Source: a virus
Lineage: Duplodnaviria > Caudoviricetes
Virus record (IMG/VR): IMGVR_UViG_3300044614_002230
Span: 1,705-65,704 of that record
Direction: 5' to 3' (one strand)
DNA length: 64,000 nt
Shown piece by piece: positions 17,747 through 28,111 of this stretch (the stretch's first letter is position 1; the number at the start of each line of letters is the position of its first letter). Made by a program: the position numbers and the translations under genes. The notes under the pieces are model-generated. The model saw only the letters and a list, made by a program, of their open reading frames with translations. It did not search any database and was not told where the DNA came from.

Positions 17747-18211
17747 TTAAACTAAAAGACCGCCATCGATTGAAACAACTTGACCACTTGGGCTAATTGT
17801 CACGCCATTGCCGGAGACCACGTAATCGTTGCTTGTTAAATAAGATTGAATAGCAGTATTTACCGAACCAACAGTCGCAAAGGCCGCAGGGTTGTTAGGC
17901 ACCGAGTAAGAAGCGTAAATAGGACCCTCAAAAGTACCACCGTTCTGATCTATGGAATTTTCCGGATACGGGGTAATAGCAACCCAGGCACCGCCGTTAA
18001 GGTCTTTTAGGTAGATAGACAGACCACCGTCATTGGTGCTATACCATAAATTGCCTGGTATAGGGTTTGCAGGGGGTGATACGCTAATATAAACTGGAGC
18101 AGTTCGGTTGGTAAAAATTTGCGTGGAGTCCCACCTTACTCCATTCCAGACGTAGGTACGTCCGTCAACTGTGTAATTATCACCCTTATTTGGATTGGGA
18201 GGAAATGACAC
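17747..18211 (-). CDS. Tail-fibre-associated protein
   Basis: FPPNP..GDNYT..GRTYVWNG..W and PPANPIPGNLWY motifs. Confidence 0.7.
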   Translation of the reverse strand: MSFPPNPNKGDNYTVDGRTYVWNGVRWDSTQIFTNRTAPVYISVSPPANPIPGNLWYSTNDGGLSIYLKDLNGGAWVAITPYPENSIDQNGGTFEGPIYASYSVPNNPAAFATVGSVNTAIQSYLTSNDYVVSGNGVTISPSGQVVSIDGGLLV

Positions 18212-18236
18212 TATTCTACAAGCAATCTTTTAAAGA

Positions 18237-18244
18237 TTTTACCC
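18237..18244 (-). promoter_or_regulatory. Putative late promoter GGGTAAAA
   Basis: Upstream of start 18211. Confidence 0.7.
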
Positions 18245-18258
18245 GTTTACTTATTTGG

Positions 18259-19338
18259 TTAGACACCAGAATCTGGGACACCGTTAATGAGAACTCCGCC
18301 AGAGTCTGTAGGTTGGATGCTTGTTAAATCCCCATCTAGTTGCATAAAATTTCTCTCACCTAACCAGTTACTTTGATTGTTATTCTGCCCGATGGAACCG
18401 TACCCCCAACGGTAATCTAGTCCTTGGTCGCCAGCAGTGTCAACATTCCACCCCGAAAGACCTTTACCGCTAACAGAATTGTAGCGTTGAGGTGTACGGA
18501 AAGAACGCATAATTCCTTGCGGAGTGTCAATAGCTGCGTCCCCATTGCCAGCCCTAATGGCTGACATTTTCATCTCGGCTTGTAATTGTTTCAGAGCCGA
18601 TTCATAATCTTGGCGAACGTCCTCGCGCCTGCGAACCGTGTCCAGGTAATACCTGGCAATAATTAAAGCGGTTCTTCTACGGTTACTTGTTATAAGAACC
18701 ATTCCAGCTTTGCCGGATTGTTCAATGTAACTATCAATCAGAGCGTTGGCGTCTTGAATTGCCATACGCAATTTTGCAACGTTGACAGAAGTTGCTGCAC
18801 CATCGTCAATGTTCGTGAGCTGTATAGCTTCTTTCAGCCCGTATGCTACGATAAAGTCGTCAGGCGATGCGGAATAAGGGTTTGACCCGGTCTCTGTTAA
18901 AACTCCTGATCTATTTTGATAGGGAAAACCGTACCCACCAATTGTCGCTCCCAGGTTAGACTGCGATTGAGATCCGTCTCTTTCCTCGTCCGGGGCTAAT
19001 TGATTTTTTACAGGAAAACGGTAAAAGGCTTTTGCGGCATTACGCTTTTTGACAACATCATTAGCCGTTGGTGGTACTGGACCTCTAAGGCACTGTGCTA
19101 AATTTATCGGTGGCTCGTAAGTTACAAACACCGTGTCAGCAAAGGAAATGTTGCTATCTAACCCCAAACTGACCATTGTGTCGGAAACGTATTCCACTGT
19201 TGATACGGAATACTGCCCGTAATTAACTGTGAAACAGTTGACCGGTACGGAGACTTTTTTGTCTAAAGGGCCATCAAAGTACAGCATTAGTGTGCTTTCG
19301 GCCGCAACCAGTGCTTCTTTGATCAGTGGAGTAGCCAT
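18259..19338 (-). CDS. Head-tail adaptor (Mu gp36/DUF1320-like) fused to N-terminal SwmB-like Ig domain
   Basis: DFIVAYGLKEAIQLTN...AIQDANALIDSYI...IARYYL...VRQDYESALKQL; N-term TLMLYFDGPL...FTVN...VSLGL...VFVTYEPP. Confidence 0.75.
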   Translation of the reverse strand: MATPLIKEALVAAESTLMLYFDGPLDKKVSVPVNCFTVNYGQYSVSTVEYVSDTMVSLGLDSNISFADTVFVTYEPPINLAQCLRGPVPPTANDVVKKRNAAKAFYRFPVKNQLAPDEERDGSQSQSNLGATIGGYGFPYQNRSGVLTETGSNPYSASPDDFIVAYGLKEAIQLTNIDDGAATSVNVAKLRMAIQDANALIDSYIEQSGKAGMVLITSNRRRTALIIARYYLDTVRRREDVRQDYESALKQLQAEMKMSAIRAGNGDAAIDTPQGIMRSFRTPQRYNSVSGKGLSGWNVDTAGDQGLDYRWGYGSIGQNNNQSNWLGERNFMQLDGDLTSIQPTDSGGVLINGVPDSGV

Positions 19339-19342
19339 AAAA

Positions 19343-19765
19343 TTACCTTATCAAATAACTGTTGTTCAGGTTGTCGTAAGGGAATAGCTCCTCTGACACC
19401 CAGAAAGGGTAGTTTTCTTTGCTCACGCGAATGGTGTACTGTTGAGTTTTTCTGTACATGCACCTTATCATGTAGTTTAACCCTATTCTAACTGGCCAAT
19501 CGTCTTTCCAACTATGTGTCCAATCTTGAAGAGTCACCAGTTTACCGTTTAGCTCGTAAAACAACTCAGCAACAATGTGACCTCCTCTTTGTTTCTCATC
19601 TGGGTACGGAGGATTACTATAGTCAAAAGTCTCAGAAACCCTATAAAAAGGTTCCCCATCGTACTTAACTTGTAGAGATCTAAATTGGATGCCTTCAATT
19701 TCTTCATCAAGAAAATCTTGAAAAAGCCATTGAGAGGAATACATGCTTGGGCAACGTATTGACAT
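19343..19765 (-). CDS. Hypothetical protein
   Basis: TAATG-coupled in structural operon. Confidence 0.65.
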   Translation of the reverse strand: MSIRCPSMYSSQWLFQDFLDEEIEGIQFRSLQVKYDGEPFYRVSETFDYSNPPYPDEKQRGGHIVAELFYELNGKLVTLQDWTHSWKDDWPVRIGLNYMIRCMYRKTQQYTIRVSKENYPFWVSEELFPYDNLNNSYLIR

Positions 19766-20022
19766 TAGTACGCCGCCAATACTAAATGAGTACCTGAGTC
19801 CGCTTGTATGATTTTGGGCACGAATCTTCGGCCCCCAACTCCAATAACAGCAGGACGAACATTTGTTGTTCCTAAGTCAGAAGCGCCAAGCACGTGAATA
19901 TCTTGGCAGAAAACTTGCTCTCTGGGAGTGAATTCAGGTTTGTTACAACCGTCTGCTCCGCAACCTGCCTCCACGTCACAGGGAGTGTCGTAATTAAGAG
20001 TGTACTTAGTAGGAGTTGCCAT
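19765..20022 (-). CDS. Small Cys-containing protein, possible spike tip
   Basis: ATG at 20022 directly after gp5-like gene; position only. Confidence 0.5.
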   Translation of the reverse strand: MATPTKYTLNYDTPCDVEAGCGADGCNKPEFTPREQVFCQDIHVLGASDLGTTNVRPAVIGVGGRRFVPKIIQADSGTHLVLAAY

Positions 20023-20023
20023 T

Positions 20024-20830
20024 TTATTTCGGGGGTTCATGCCATTTGGCGTCTCCACCAAACGGGTTTGCTCGGGGATTGGTGCCGTAGCGGGAATATT
20101 TTTGCATTTCTCCTCCGGTCGTTGGAAAAACGTAATCCCAAACTGCTTGTTCTTCTACCGGGAATTCGGCATCGCCTCGAGTGTCGTTAGGCTGTTTGCC
20201 GTCGTTTTCTCCAGCATGACCATGAGCCATGTCAATATGCCTAACCCAGTAGTAAGACCCTTGACGCTTAAGGCAGACGCAGAGCCAATCTGAATCCATG
20301 GGGCCACCCATTTCAACAACCATGCATCCGTGGTTTTCTTCAGAGGCAGGAGGCAGTTCACCGGAGGGATAAATAGGCAGCCGTGTCATGCTGCTATTAT
20401 CCGGCATCTTTAGTTTTTCGCTTTTGCCGGTGGCTAAGTTATCTGGGTCATATAAAACGTCGTTTAAAACAGCGTACTGGTACTCGCCATTTGTTACTGA
20501 GATATTAACCCTCTTTCCCACAAGTCCAGCAGGTTGACGTCCTTTGAAAGCAGGGGAAACATCGATCCAGTGAGACTGGTCTTCTTTACCTTTTCTGCTT
20601 TCTGACCATTCACCAGCACCCGAAACTTGGGGAATGTCCGGAGAAAAAGCGTCAAAGTACACTTTGACTCTGCCTCGGTTTTCTGGATCCTCAACAGAAG
20701 TGATTGTTCCCCTTACAGAACCTTTTGGTGTACCTACTTGCCCTGCTTGTAATTCCGACCGCTCTAAACAAGAAGCCAATTCCTGGACCAGGGGTATGCA
20801 AGTTAATTTAACTCCTCTTGCTCCGGCCAT
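20024..20830 (-). CDS. Baseplate spike (gp5/VgrG/gpV OB-fold)
   Basis: GTITSVEDPENRGRVKVYF OB-fold signature; HGHAG metal-binding motif. Confidence 0.8.
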   Translation of the reverse strand: MAGARGVKLTCIPLVQELASCLERSELQAGQVGTPKGSVRGTITSVEDPENRGRVKVYFDAFSPDIPQVSGAGEWSESRKGKEDQSHWIDVSPAFKGRQPAGLVGKRVNISVTNGEYQYAVLNDVLYDPDNLATGKSEKLKMPDNSSMTRLPIYPSGELPPASEENHGCMVVEMGGPMDSDWLCVCLKRQGSYYWVRHIDMAHGHAGENDGKQPNDTRGDAEFPVEEQAVWDYVFPTTGGEMQKYSRYGTNPRANPFGGDAKWHEPPK

Positions 20831-20832
20831 AT

Positions 20833-21057
20833 TTAAGAAAACCTTGGTACGTTTCTGCGAGGACCAACAATCTGAGGCTCGATTGGGCGCGGCTTGATTT
20901 TTGGAGCTTTCACCTCAGGTTTATTAGGTTCAACCTTTGGTGTAATTTGCACCGGTTGTGGTTTTTCCTCAAAAACAGTATCTTCTTGAGGTGAATCTTT
21001 TTCCTCAACGGTGGTGTTTTGAGTTGTCTGATAAGTGGGTCTTTTTCTTGTAGTCAT
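20833..21057 (-). CDS. Small hypothetical protein (start moved to 21057)
   Basis: ATG 19 nt after GGGTAAAA. Confidence 0.6.
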   Translation of the reverse strand: MTTRKRPTYQTTQNTTVEEKDSPQEDTVFEEKPQPVQITPKVEPNKPEVKAPKIKPRPIEPQIVGPRRNVPRFS

Positions 21058-21075
21058 AGGAACCTCCGAGTTTAT

Positions 21076-21083
21076 TTTTACCC
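21076..21083 (-). promoter_or_regulatory. Putative late promoter GGGTAAAA
   Basis: Overlaps upstream stop codon; upstream of ATG 21057. Confidence 0.7.
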
Positions 21084-24005
21084 GGTTAAAGCGGAAGGAG
21101 TTAAATAGGAATTTTGTGGAGCATTTAAAGGTTCCCTCCAGGAGCAAGGGTTCTCTACATCGAAGAAGGCGTCTTCTGCTGCGGAAACGTCAGCCATAAA
21201 GTAGACATACCCAATTTTAAAATTATTGGCATCTACTGTGTACTCTTCGGAAACAGAACCTATCATGGGAGGTATTTTATAAATACTGGCATCCCAAGTC
21301 GGAGGCTTAATTGGTGAAACTTTCTTTTGTTTTAAATCAGTAGATAAGTAACCGCTTAACCCTTCACAAGGAGTTACCTCTATGTAAACCCCTTCCCATT
21401 CTCCAAACCCTCGTCCCACAGGGTTTTCAACATCAACTGACCTTGAATGTAAAGGGTCATACTCAATTAAATTCGCTTCTTCAAATTCGTCAAAGGCAGT
21501 GTCCTGAGTTGGTAGAACCACGCAGTTTTCGTATTGAGATGAAGATAAAAATTCTGTAATTACTGCGTTAGAGTACAGGTAAGGTTCTGAGTAAACATAC
21601 CTGTAAGGTTTACCGTTATTTCTAAACAAGTAAACTTCCTCATAAATCTCAGGGGTTTGTTTCTCTGGCGGTACGTTCATAGGCTCAGCTTCTACGCTGG
21701 ACCCCATGTAAGCAAAATTTTGACAAATTAAGTTGACTTTTTGCCATTCCGGACCGTTACGTTCATAGCAAGGGGGCATGCGAACGAAATATCGGGCCCA
21801 ACTGCTATCATTCGGTCCAGTGTTTTGATCAGCAATTAAAGGGTTTCCGTAGCTTCTTTGGTTGACTTCTTTTAGGGAGTTCACGACCTGCAGGCTTTGG
21901 GGTTTCCACAACCTTAAGGGAGTCAAAGCATTGTACACATTAGGCGAACAGTAATACCTGGCTCCACTAAACACCTTATCAGTGACATCGACTCTAAACT
22001 CTGAAGTTAAATTGTCAGATATTACCACCCTTGGAGGTTGAACTCCTACCGAATTAGATAAAATACTGTAAGTAAACTCAATCTTCCCTTCTAGTGGTTT
22101 TTCGGTGTACTTAAATGCGTAGAAATCAGTTTGATACAGTTTGTCATTTTTAAGTAAAACGCCATTGCAAAAAACACACAATTGGTTATAGTTTAAAGGT
22201 GCTGGTGGAGCACTAATAAAGTCTCCCGTTGTGAATTCGACCCACTGGTCTTGAGCAAAAACCGTGCCTGCACGATTAACGTAGTCTTCATTCAGGTAAT
22301 CCCACCAAAGTTCTCCTCTTTCTGGTTCATAAGGAGACATCTGGTTTCCATAGAGCCGAGTATTTGCTATGAATTTGAGTATACTGCCTGAGGCAATTTC
22401 CCACTCCTCGTTCCGGTAGTATTTAATGAAAGAGGCAGGGACAGGTGTGGAAATAGTGAACTCTAAATTACGAATTTCGTAATTCTTACCAAGCGCGTTT
22501 TTCACTCCAATAGCGTTGGCAATATTAACTTGTATACCAAAAGGCAAAGAGAGGGCATTCTCATTAAATGCATTCTCATCTAATAAACGAATGTAGTCAA
22601 TTACCCAGATACCGTTCTCATTTTTGTGAGCATAGATGACTCCTTGACCTTTGAGTTCTCCTTGCAGACCTTGAATAATGTAATTTTCGGTTATAGGCTT
22701 TAGCCCATCTATATTTAAAAGAGTTATAAAAGAGTTTACGTTTAAATTTTTTGCCTCTTGGTTAAATTCGCTAACTGTTTCGTAATTTTTGTCCGTTTGG
22801 TAATACTCCCATTGCTCAGGGTAGTGGGGGTAATCAATTTCCACTCTACCTGTACACTCGGTGTCCAATCCAGTGATCCTTACCGACATGGAACCATTGG
22901 CCTCGTTCCACCAAGGAACATCTGAATACAAACCTTCCGGGACAGTTACATCCGTTGATGCCTGTTGTAGATAAACCTCGTTTAACAATTGATCGTAATT
23001 TACGCTGACTGTTGTCTCAGGTACAAGAATTGAGTTGTTTTCTGTAAAACCGTGCAATTCCAGAGCGTCAAAACATAGGTTAAAAGGCAAGAAACCTCCC
23101 TTATTGCCCCAAGCTCCTGTGAAATTATCGATTGCAGATTGGTTTAGCCAATCGGAAGGGTCTTTCCAAGAAGTGAGGGAGAATCGGGTCCAAGCCACTT
23201 TAGGGAATTCCTTCACGGAATACTCCCACACCAGATAACCAGTTGGAGGTAAAGTTTGACTCAGACTGTCTGGAATTTTTATTCTCCAAAGTTTCAGATC
23301 TTCATCGTAAAAAGGTTCTATGTCTCTTTGAAATGAATCCGGGCCAGTGAAAGAAATATAAACATTCTGATCAAAGGAGTAAGTAGAACCTAAGAAAAAA
23401 ATGTTGAAAGAATAAGGTAATTTACCTTGCTTGTCGTAACCTGGGCATAAATACAGGCTGGTGGAATTAGTTTTTACAGTGAAAGAAGCGTTTCCGGAAG
23501 TTTTAACGTTCGGACGAGTAAAAGGTTCTGGAATGCTCTCGATTGCTAAAATCCTGAGTTGGCCCTCTTCTGCAAAGTCATCATAAAACGATTGAGGCAA
23601 AGGCCCAAAACTGAGAGCATAATGACGACCGGATTCCGAAATTTTCTTAATGGTGTAAATTTTGTCTTTTAGGAAAACTTTCTGCCCTAGTTTTACGCGT
23701 TCATCCGCTTCAATTAAAATCAGCTCATCCCAATTTTGTACGGCGTAAACTTTTGGAATAATATATTTATTGTATACACCAAATGAACCAACTAGAAAAT
23801 TTCTCTTTTCGTGTAAGGTATTTGGTAGATTGTTCCAATAATTTGCCCCGTTCCAACCCAAAAGCTGGGCCAACCAATCTATCTGCTGATTTACCCTGTC
23901 GGTAACTTTTACTAGAGCTTCAGACTGAGCGGCAGTATAATAGCTGGATTGGGTTCCAGTTAACTCGTACTGAGAGATGTCAAATTTAGGGTTAAATTCT
24001 GTCAT
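21078..24005 (-). CDS. Large baseplate/tail structural protein
   Basis: 975 aa in baseplate operon; DWLAQLLGW resembles gpI-type wedge motif. Confidence 0.65.
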   Translation of the reverse strand: MTEFNPKFDISQYELTGTQSSYYTAAQSEALVKVTDRVNQQIDWLAQLLGWNGANYWNNLPNTLHEKRNFLVGSFGVYNKYIIPKVYAVQNWDELILIEADERVKLGQKVFLKDKIYTIKKISESGRHYALSFGPLPQSFYDDFAEEGQLRILAIESIPEPFTRPNVKTSGNASFTVKTNSTSLYLCPGYDKQGKLPYSFNIFFLGSTYSFDQNVYISFTGPDSFQRDIEPFYDEDLKLWRIKIPDSLSQTLPPTGYLVWEYSVKEFPKVAWTRFSLTSWKDPSDWLNQSAIDNFTGAWGNKGGFLPFNLCFDALELHGFTENNSILVPETTVSVNYDQLLNEVYLQQASTDVTVPEGLYSDVPWWNEANGSMSVRITGLDTECTGRVEIDYPHYPEQWEYYQTDKNYETVSEFNQEAKNLNVNSFITLLNIDGLKPITENYIIQGLQGELKGQGVIYAHKNENGIWVIDYIRLLDENAFNENALSLPFGIQVNIANAIGVKNALGKNYEIRNLEFTISTPVPASFIKYYRNEEWEIASGSILKFIANTRLYGNQMSPYEPERGELWWDYLNEDYVNRAGTVFAQDQWVEFTTGDFISAPPAPLNYNQLCVFCNGVLLKNDKLYQTDFYAFKYTEKPLEGKIEFTYSILSNSVGVQPPRVVISDNLTSEFRVDVTDKVFSGARYYCSPNVYNALTPLRLWKPQSLQVVNSLKEVNQRSYGNPLIADQNTGPNDSSWARYFVRMPPCYERNGPEWQKVNLICQNFAYMGSSVEAEPMNVPPEKQTPEIYEEVYLFRNNGKPYRYVYSEPYLYSNAVITEFLSSSQYENCVVLPTQDTAFDEFEEANLIEYDPLHSRSVDVENPVGRGFGEWEGVYIEVTPCEGLSGYLSTDLKQKKVSPIKPPTWDASIYKIPPMIGSVSEEYTVDANNFKIGYVYFMADVSAAEDAFFDVENPCSWREPLNAPQNSYLTPSALTG

Positions 24006-25270
24006 TTTACAACCTCAATACCAAGTTTCTCTAAAGAACCGTACTCCCTAAGCATAGCAGATTCAGGGTTCATCCAATCTTTTACGTAATTATTAATTTG
24101 TGAGAAATTTTCCATCAAATTTTGATCCCAGTAATTTGTCAACCAATCTGCAACAGGGTAGTAGGGGTTTTGAGTAATCAACCGTTTGTCTTGAATTTCT
24201 TGCACTTGGTAATTACCGTTGACCTCAATTAAAGCAAGAGGGCAATACACTGCATTAATTAGTTCACCCGTAGAAGAGGTTACTTGTTTTGGGATGGCAT
24301 TTTCAGGGTAGATCACCAAAGAAGCATAAGTTTTAGCATACTGCGGATTAATTTTTTCCGTTAAATATCCGGTAACTTCCAATTTGTTGATAGTAATTAA
24401 CGGAGTTATGCCAGGAGTTTTCCAAGCCACTCTCCAGCCGGACACATACTGGGGGTTGGATAAGTTAAACTCGTAATACTGCCCTTGAGCATCTTCCTGC
24501 ACGGTCGAGGTGGCCGCTACAGACCATTCTTCTTTAAATTTCACATACAAAGTAGCAGTGATGGGGAATATTTGATTGACCACTTTCGGAGAGCGGAGAA
24601 CTATCCTGCTAAAGGAAGATTCATAAGGGCTTTCCCAACCTAAAGTTGCGGGAGCTAGTTGTACCGGATCCGGCAATGAGGGGTCATAGTTGGTCCAATA
24701 GCGGTCAGGGCTCGTAATGAAAGCATTCACAGGAGGGAAACGCCAAGCCCCGTAAATATCTGTCCCAGCAGTAATGTTAAGAGGTTGTCCTTCCAATGAA
24801 CCGTTTTCAACAAAAGTTTTTTGCAAGTAACTGGCTCTATCAGCGATTAGCTCATACCCGACAAACTGACGCCCGGAACCCAACTCTAAAACCTCTAAAT
24901 CTACGATTACAGGGTTGACCTCATTTGTGCCTAATTCCCAAGAAATTTTACCACTACCCACTCCAAGGAATTTACCATCTTGAAAAGTAGAAACTTTTAT
25001 ACTGTTGGAAGAATCTGCACTGAAACCTGGAGGCACGTAAACATAGCCAATTTCAGTTTCAGCGAAAAAATCTCTTTGATAGGTTTCTCCTATGGCAGGT
25101 AAACGCCTATAAATAGGTCTTCCGTTACCTGTCCATTCAGTTGGCCGTTCCTCTAGTCCAGTGGCTTCAATATATTGTTGTGATAGAACTCTGCCTTGGG
25201 TGTCACGACCTGAGATTTTTGTTTGTACTGTCGGGGGTTTACCCACCGGGGCAGGAAGAGAAAAGGTCAT
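24002..25270 (-). CDS. Baseplate structural protein with possible discoidin-like domain
   Basis: ATGA-coupled after baseplate J; IYRRLP motif; W-T-N...RIVLR...GWRVAW beta-sandwich pattern. Confidence 0.6.
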   Translation of the reverse strand: MTFSLPAPVGKPPTVQTKISGRDTQGRVLSQQYIEATGLEERPTEWTGNGRPIYRRLPAIGETYQRDFFAETEIGYVYVPPGFSADSSNSIKVSTFQDGKFLGVGSGKISWELGTNEVNPVIVDLEVLELGSGRQFVGYELIADRASYLQKTFVENGSLEGQPLNITAGTDIYGAWRFPPVNAFITSPDRYWTNYDPSLPDPVQLAPATLGWESPYESSFSRIVLRSPKVVNQIFPITATLYVKFKEEWSVAATSTVQEDAQGQYYEFNLSNPQYVSGWRVAWKTPGITPLITINKLEVTGYLTEKINPQYAKTYASLVIYPENAIPKQVTSSTGELINAVYCPLALIEVNGNYQVQEIQDKRLITQNPYYPVADWLTNYWDQNLMENFSQINNYVKDWMNPESAMLREYGSLEKLGIEVVK

Positions 25271-28101
25271 AATGCAAGCGTACCTGGACCGTAATTAGGG
25301 GGAGTAAAGGGGTACCGTGTACCAGGGTACCATGACAACTCTGAATTTTGAGTGTAGCTTTCTGTAGCTTCCCAAACGTACAAAAGGTTTTCGTTCGAAC
25401 CGGAACGGTCCTTCTTACTTTTAGGGATAATGGTAATTTGAGCCACACCCAGTTTTATCGCGGATGTTACTTTGCCAAGTTGGGACAGAATCGGATCTTC
25501 GCAGGAGTACATATTAACATAACGAAGAAGATTCTTAGCGTATTCTTCGTTGCGAGGAGTGTTTTCAACGGTGGCTTCAGTCCAATTTCTCACCATTTGC
25601 TTCGGGGTGAAAGACTTGATCACTCTGTATAAACTTCCTGTCTGTTCTTCGTAGATACTGTCTTCAGCATTTTTTGCATAAGCAGGGTTAAAAAACGGAA
25701 TGTATTCAGTGGAGTTAAAAGAAACGTTTTGCATCGTTTCCGTTTTTACGAATATGCCGCTTTGCTCATATATCCGGAACGCAAATAAAGGACTTACGTT
25801 CTCGGTCGCTGTATATGAGGTTATGTTTACGCCATCTCTGAAGAAAGTTCGGTCGCCCTTAAAGAAAGTGAACATTCTTGAGGGTTGTTTAACAGAGCCG
25901 TTGGTTATTTGTTGTTGCAAATCGTTTTCTTGTGTCTCACTCGTAGCCAAAGGCACTATGAACCCTTCCCTAACCAATTGGTCAGGGTCATTTACAAAAG
26001 GAGTGAAATATTGAGCAGAAATGTAGTACACTGGTTTGTCTTTTGTGTTTCTCCTGTACTCTAAATACTGGCCCGTTTGAAATCTAGCGTTGTACCTTGC
26101 TAAAGGTAAACCTTTGTCTGCATTTTGAACAATGATTTCTTTTAGAACTTTCTTTGCGACTAAATCGTCAAAGTAATCACTCAAAGTCTCACCGTCTCTG
26201 AGAACAAAAGTGAAGTTAGAATTAACGTAAGCGTATTTATTTACGACGCCTTTTTCCAGGTCAATGTAGTTGTAATAAGGGTCCGCTATGGGATTAGGTC
26301 CGGACCCTATCTGAGGAGTCATGACCCAATCCCCTTCCGAAAAAGTTTGGTTTTTGCGAAACATTTTCACTTCCACTGGGCTGGGGCTCAAGACTCCAGC
26401 AGAAGATGCACCAGTCAAATCGTCTGTAGGTTGCTCTAGTATGAATTCTTTAGCAACCAACCAAACCAGAGTGCCAGGTCTCTTCTCTTGTGGCACCGGT
26501 TGAGAAGTATTTGATGCCGGCGGAATGTATTCGTCGCTGCTGTAAGTGTACTGAATAATTTGAGGGTCGTAAATGTCGTTAACTGTATCCGAATAAATCA
26601 ACCCTACTTTCCATTCGCTGTAACTTTTAGCTCCCGAAATCAAACCTGATTGAATTAATTGAGGAATCTCCACATAAGAGCTAATAGCCACGTTTTGTAG
26701 AACCACATGCAATTCTGCATCTCCGTCCACTTCGGGAGACCAGAAAACAACATCACCTTGAGCGAATAGCCCTGGAGTCAAGTATTTTATTTGCTTCAGT
26801 ACAAGATTGTCATAAATAGTTTGTTTAGATTTTTCTGCAGAGGTAGGTGTAAATGGTGACGTTACTGCGTAATACGTTTTAACTGGTTGACTAACGTATA
26901 CCAGATCCCTAGGGTTTAATAGAAAATCAGAAGTTTCGAAAGGCAAAACCTGAGTATAAGTGGCTGCCTCAGGGGTTAGTTCAGCAGGAGTTGTGAACGC
27001 TGCTGAGGTCACTATACCAGGGTTTTTATAGCGATCGACAGCGTCGAAAGTTGAATAAAAAGCTGAATCTATTTCACCAACAGTCGGGTCGATGTCTGCC
27101 GGGAATACTCGCCCAGGGATAAGAATATTGTTAAGTCTATTTCTGAAATCATTCGAGGCTGTTTTTGTGTCTCCCCCGAAAGCACCTGTAGCGTCTATTT
27201 CTACTGTTAAATTATATTGAACGTCGCTCAGACTAATTGGGTATAGGTGTGCTTCTAACTCGACCGGAGTTGAAAAATTTAGTACATTTTGGCCAACTCG
27301 TAATTGCTCCGGAGTTAGTTCAATTCCTCCAGGTCCAAGAACGAAAAAAGAAACTTGGCCATTAGACCTTTTATAGTCTGTCTCGTAATTGTAAGGCAGT
27401 CTACTTGGACGCCCAGGCTGGATAGAGGTTAAAGTTCCGACACCATAAAGGTCTTCAAAAAAGTCACTCCAATCTTCCCCGCTTACAGGGTTTTTACGAC
27501 GAATCAGAGTGAAAAAACGTTCTCTTACATCATCGTAAGACTCAACGTCACTACCACCCACCGCCGGAAGCCGGTTTGTAACGGTTGCTCCGGGAATAGT
27601 TAAGAAAGATGAATCCGTAATGGACTGGGCAGGAACGTTATACTCTCTTCCTACAAATTGGCTAGCTACGCTGATTGTAGTAGAAATTTGGCCCGGAGGT
27701 ATTGTTACATCCGTAGTAGTAACAAATGAAATACTTTCTCCCCCGGTAGCGTTAGGATCGGTAGCGAAAGTGGACCCAACAGGTATAAAAACTGGGGAGT
27801 CTGACGGAGGAATAGTTAGGGTTAATTGAGCGATAGAAGGAGTACCAAGACGCCTCATGGCTCCTAGGAAAGGGCCAATCCACTCCAGCAGGATTTTCTC
27901 AGGTAACTGGTTTGCCCAGAAAAGAAATTCCCCTTGAGCGAATGCTTGACCCTCAATTAAAGCCGCAAGGGGATTACCCGAACTAAAGTCGTTTAGAGTC
28001 TGGTTGGAAGCATCATAAACACGCTGAGAAGCTTCTTGAACTAATTCAGCCTCGTTACGCGGGTCAATAGAAACAACAGGTAAAGGAGCGTATCTTGGCA
28101 C
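25267..28101 (-). CDS. Baseplate J-like wedge protein
   Basis: LNDFSSGNPLAALIEG, IPVGSTF, GREYNVPA, AVGGSDVES...RER...PVSGEDW. Confidence 0.9.
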   Translation of the reverse strand: MPRYAPLPVVSIDPRNEAELVQEASQRVYDASNQTLNDFSSGNPLAALIEGQAFAQGEFLFWANQLPEKILLEWIGPFLGAMRRLGTPSIAQLTLTIPPSDSPVFIPVGSTFATDPNATGGESISFVTTTDVTIPPGQISTTISVASQFVGREYNVPAQSITDSSFLTIPGATVTNRLPAVGGSDVESYDDVRERFFTLIRRKNPVSGEDWSDFFEDLYGVGTLTSIQPGRPSRLPYNYETDYKRSNGQVSFFVLGPGGIELTPEQLRVGQNVLNFSTPVELEAHLYPISLSDVQYNLTVEIDATGAFGGDTKTASNDFRNRLNNILIPGRVFPADIDPTVGEIDSAFYSTFDAVDRYKNPGIVTSAAFTTPAELTPEAATYTQVLPFETSDFLLNPRDLVYVSQPVKTYYAVTSPFTPTSAEKSKQTIYDNLVLKQIKYLTPGLFAQGDVVFWSPEVDGDAELHVVLQNVAISSYVEIPQLIQSGLISGAKSYSEWKVGLIYSDTVNDIYDPQIIQYTYSSDEYIPPASNTSQPVPQEKRPGTLVWLVAKEFILEQPTDDLTGASSAGVLSPSPVEVKMFRKNQTFSEGDWVMTPQIGSGPNPIADPYYNYIDLEKGVVNKYAYVNSNFTFVLRDGETLSDYFDDLVAKKVLKEIIVQNADKGLPLARYNARFQTGQYLEYRRNTKDKPVYYISAQYFTPFVNDPDQLVREGFIVPLATSETQENDLQQQITNGSVKQPSRMFTFFKGDRTFFRDGVNITSYTATENVSPLFAFRIYEQSGIFVKTETMQNVSFNSTEYIPFFNPAYAKNAEDSIYEEQTGSLYRVIKSFTPKQMVRNWTEATVENTPRNEEYAKNLLRYVNMYSCEDPILSQLGKVTSAIKLGVAQITIIPKSKKDRSGSNENLLYVWEATESYTQNSELSWYPGTRYPFTPPNYGPGTLAL

Positions 28102-28111
28102 AATTTACCTC

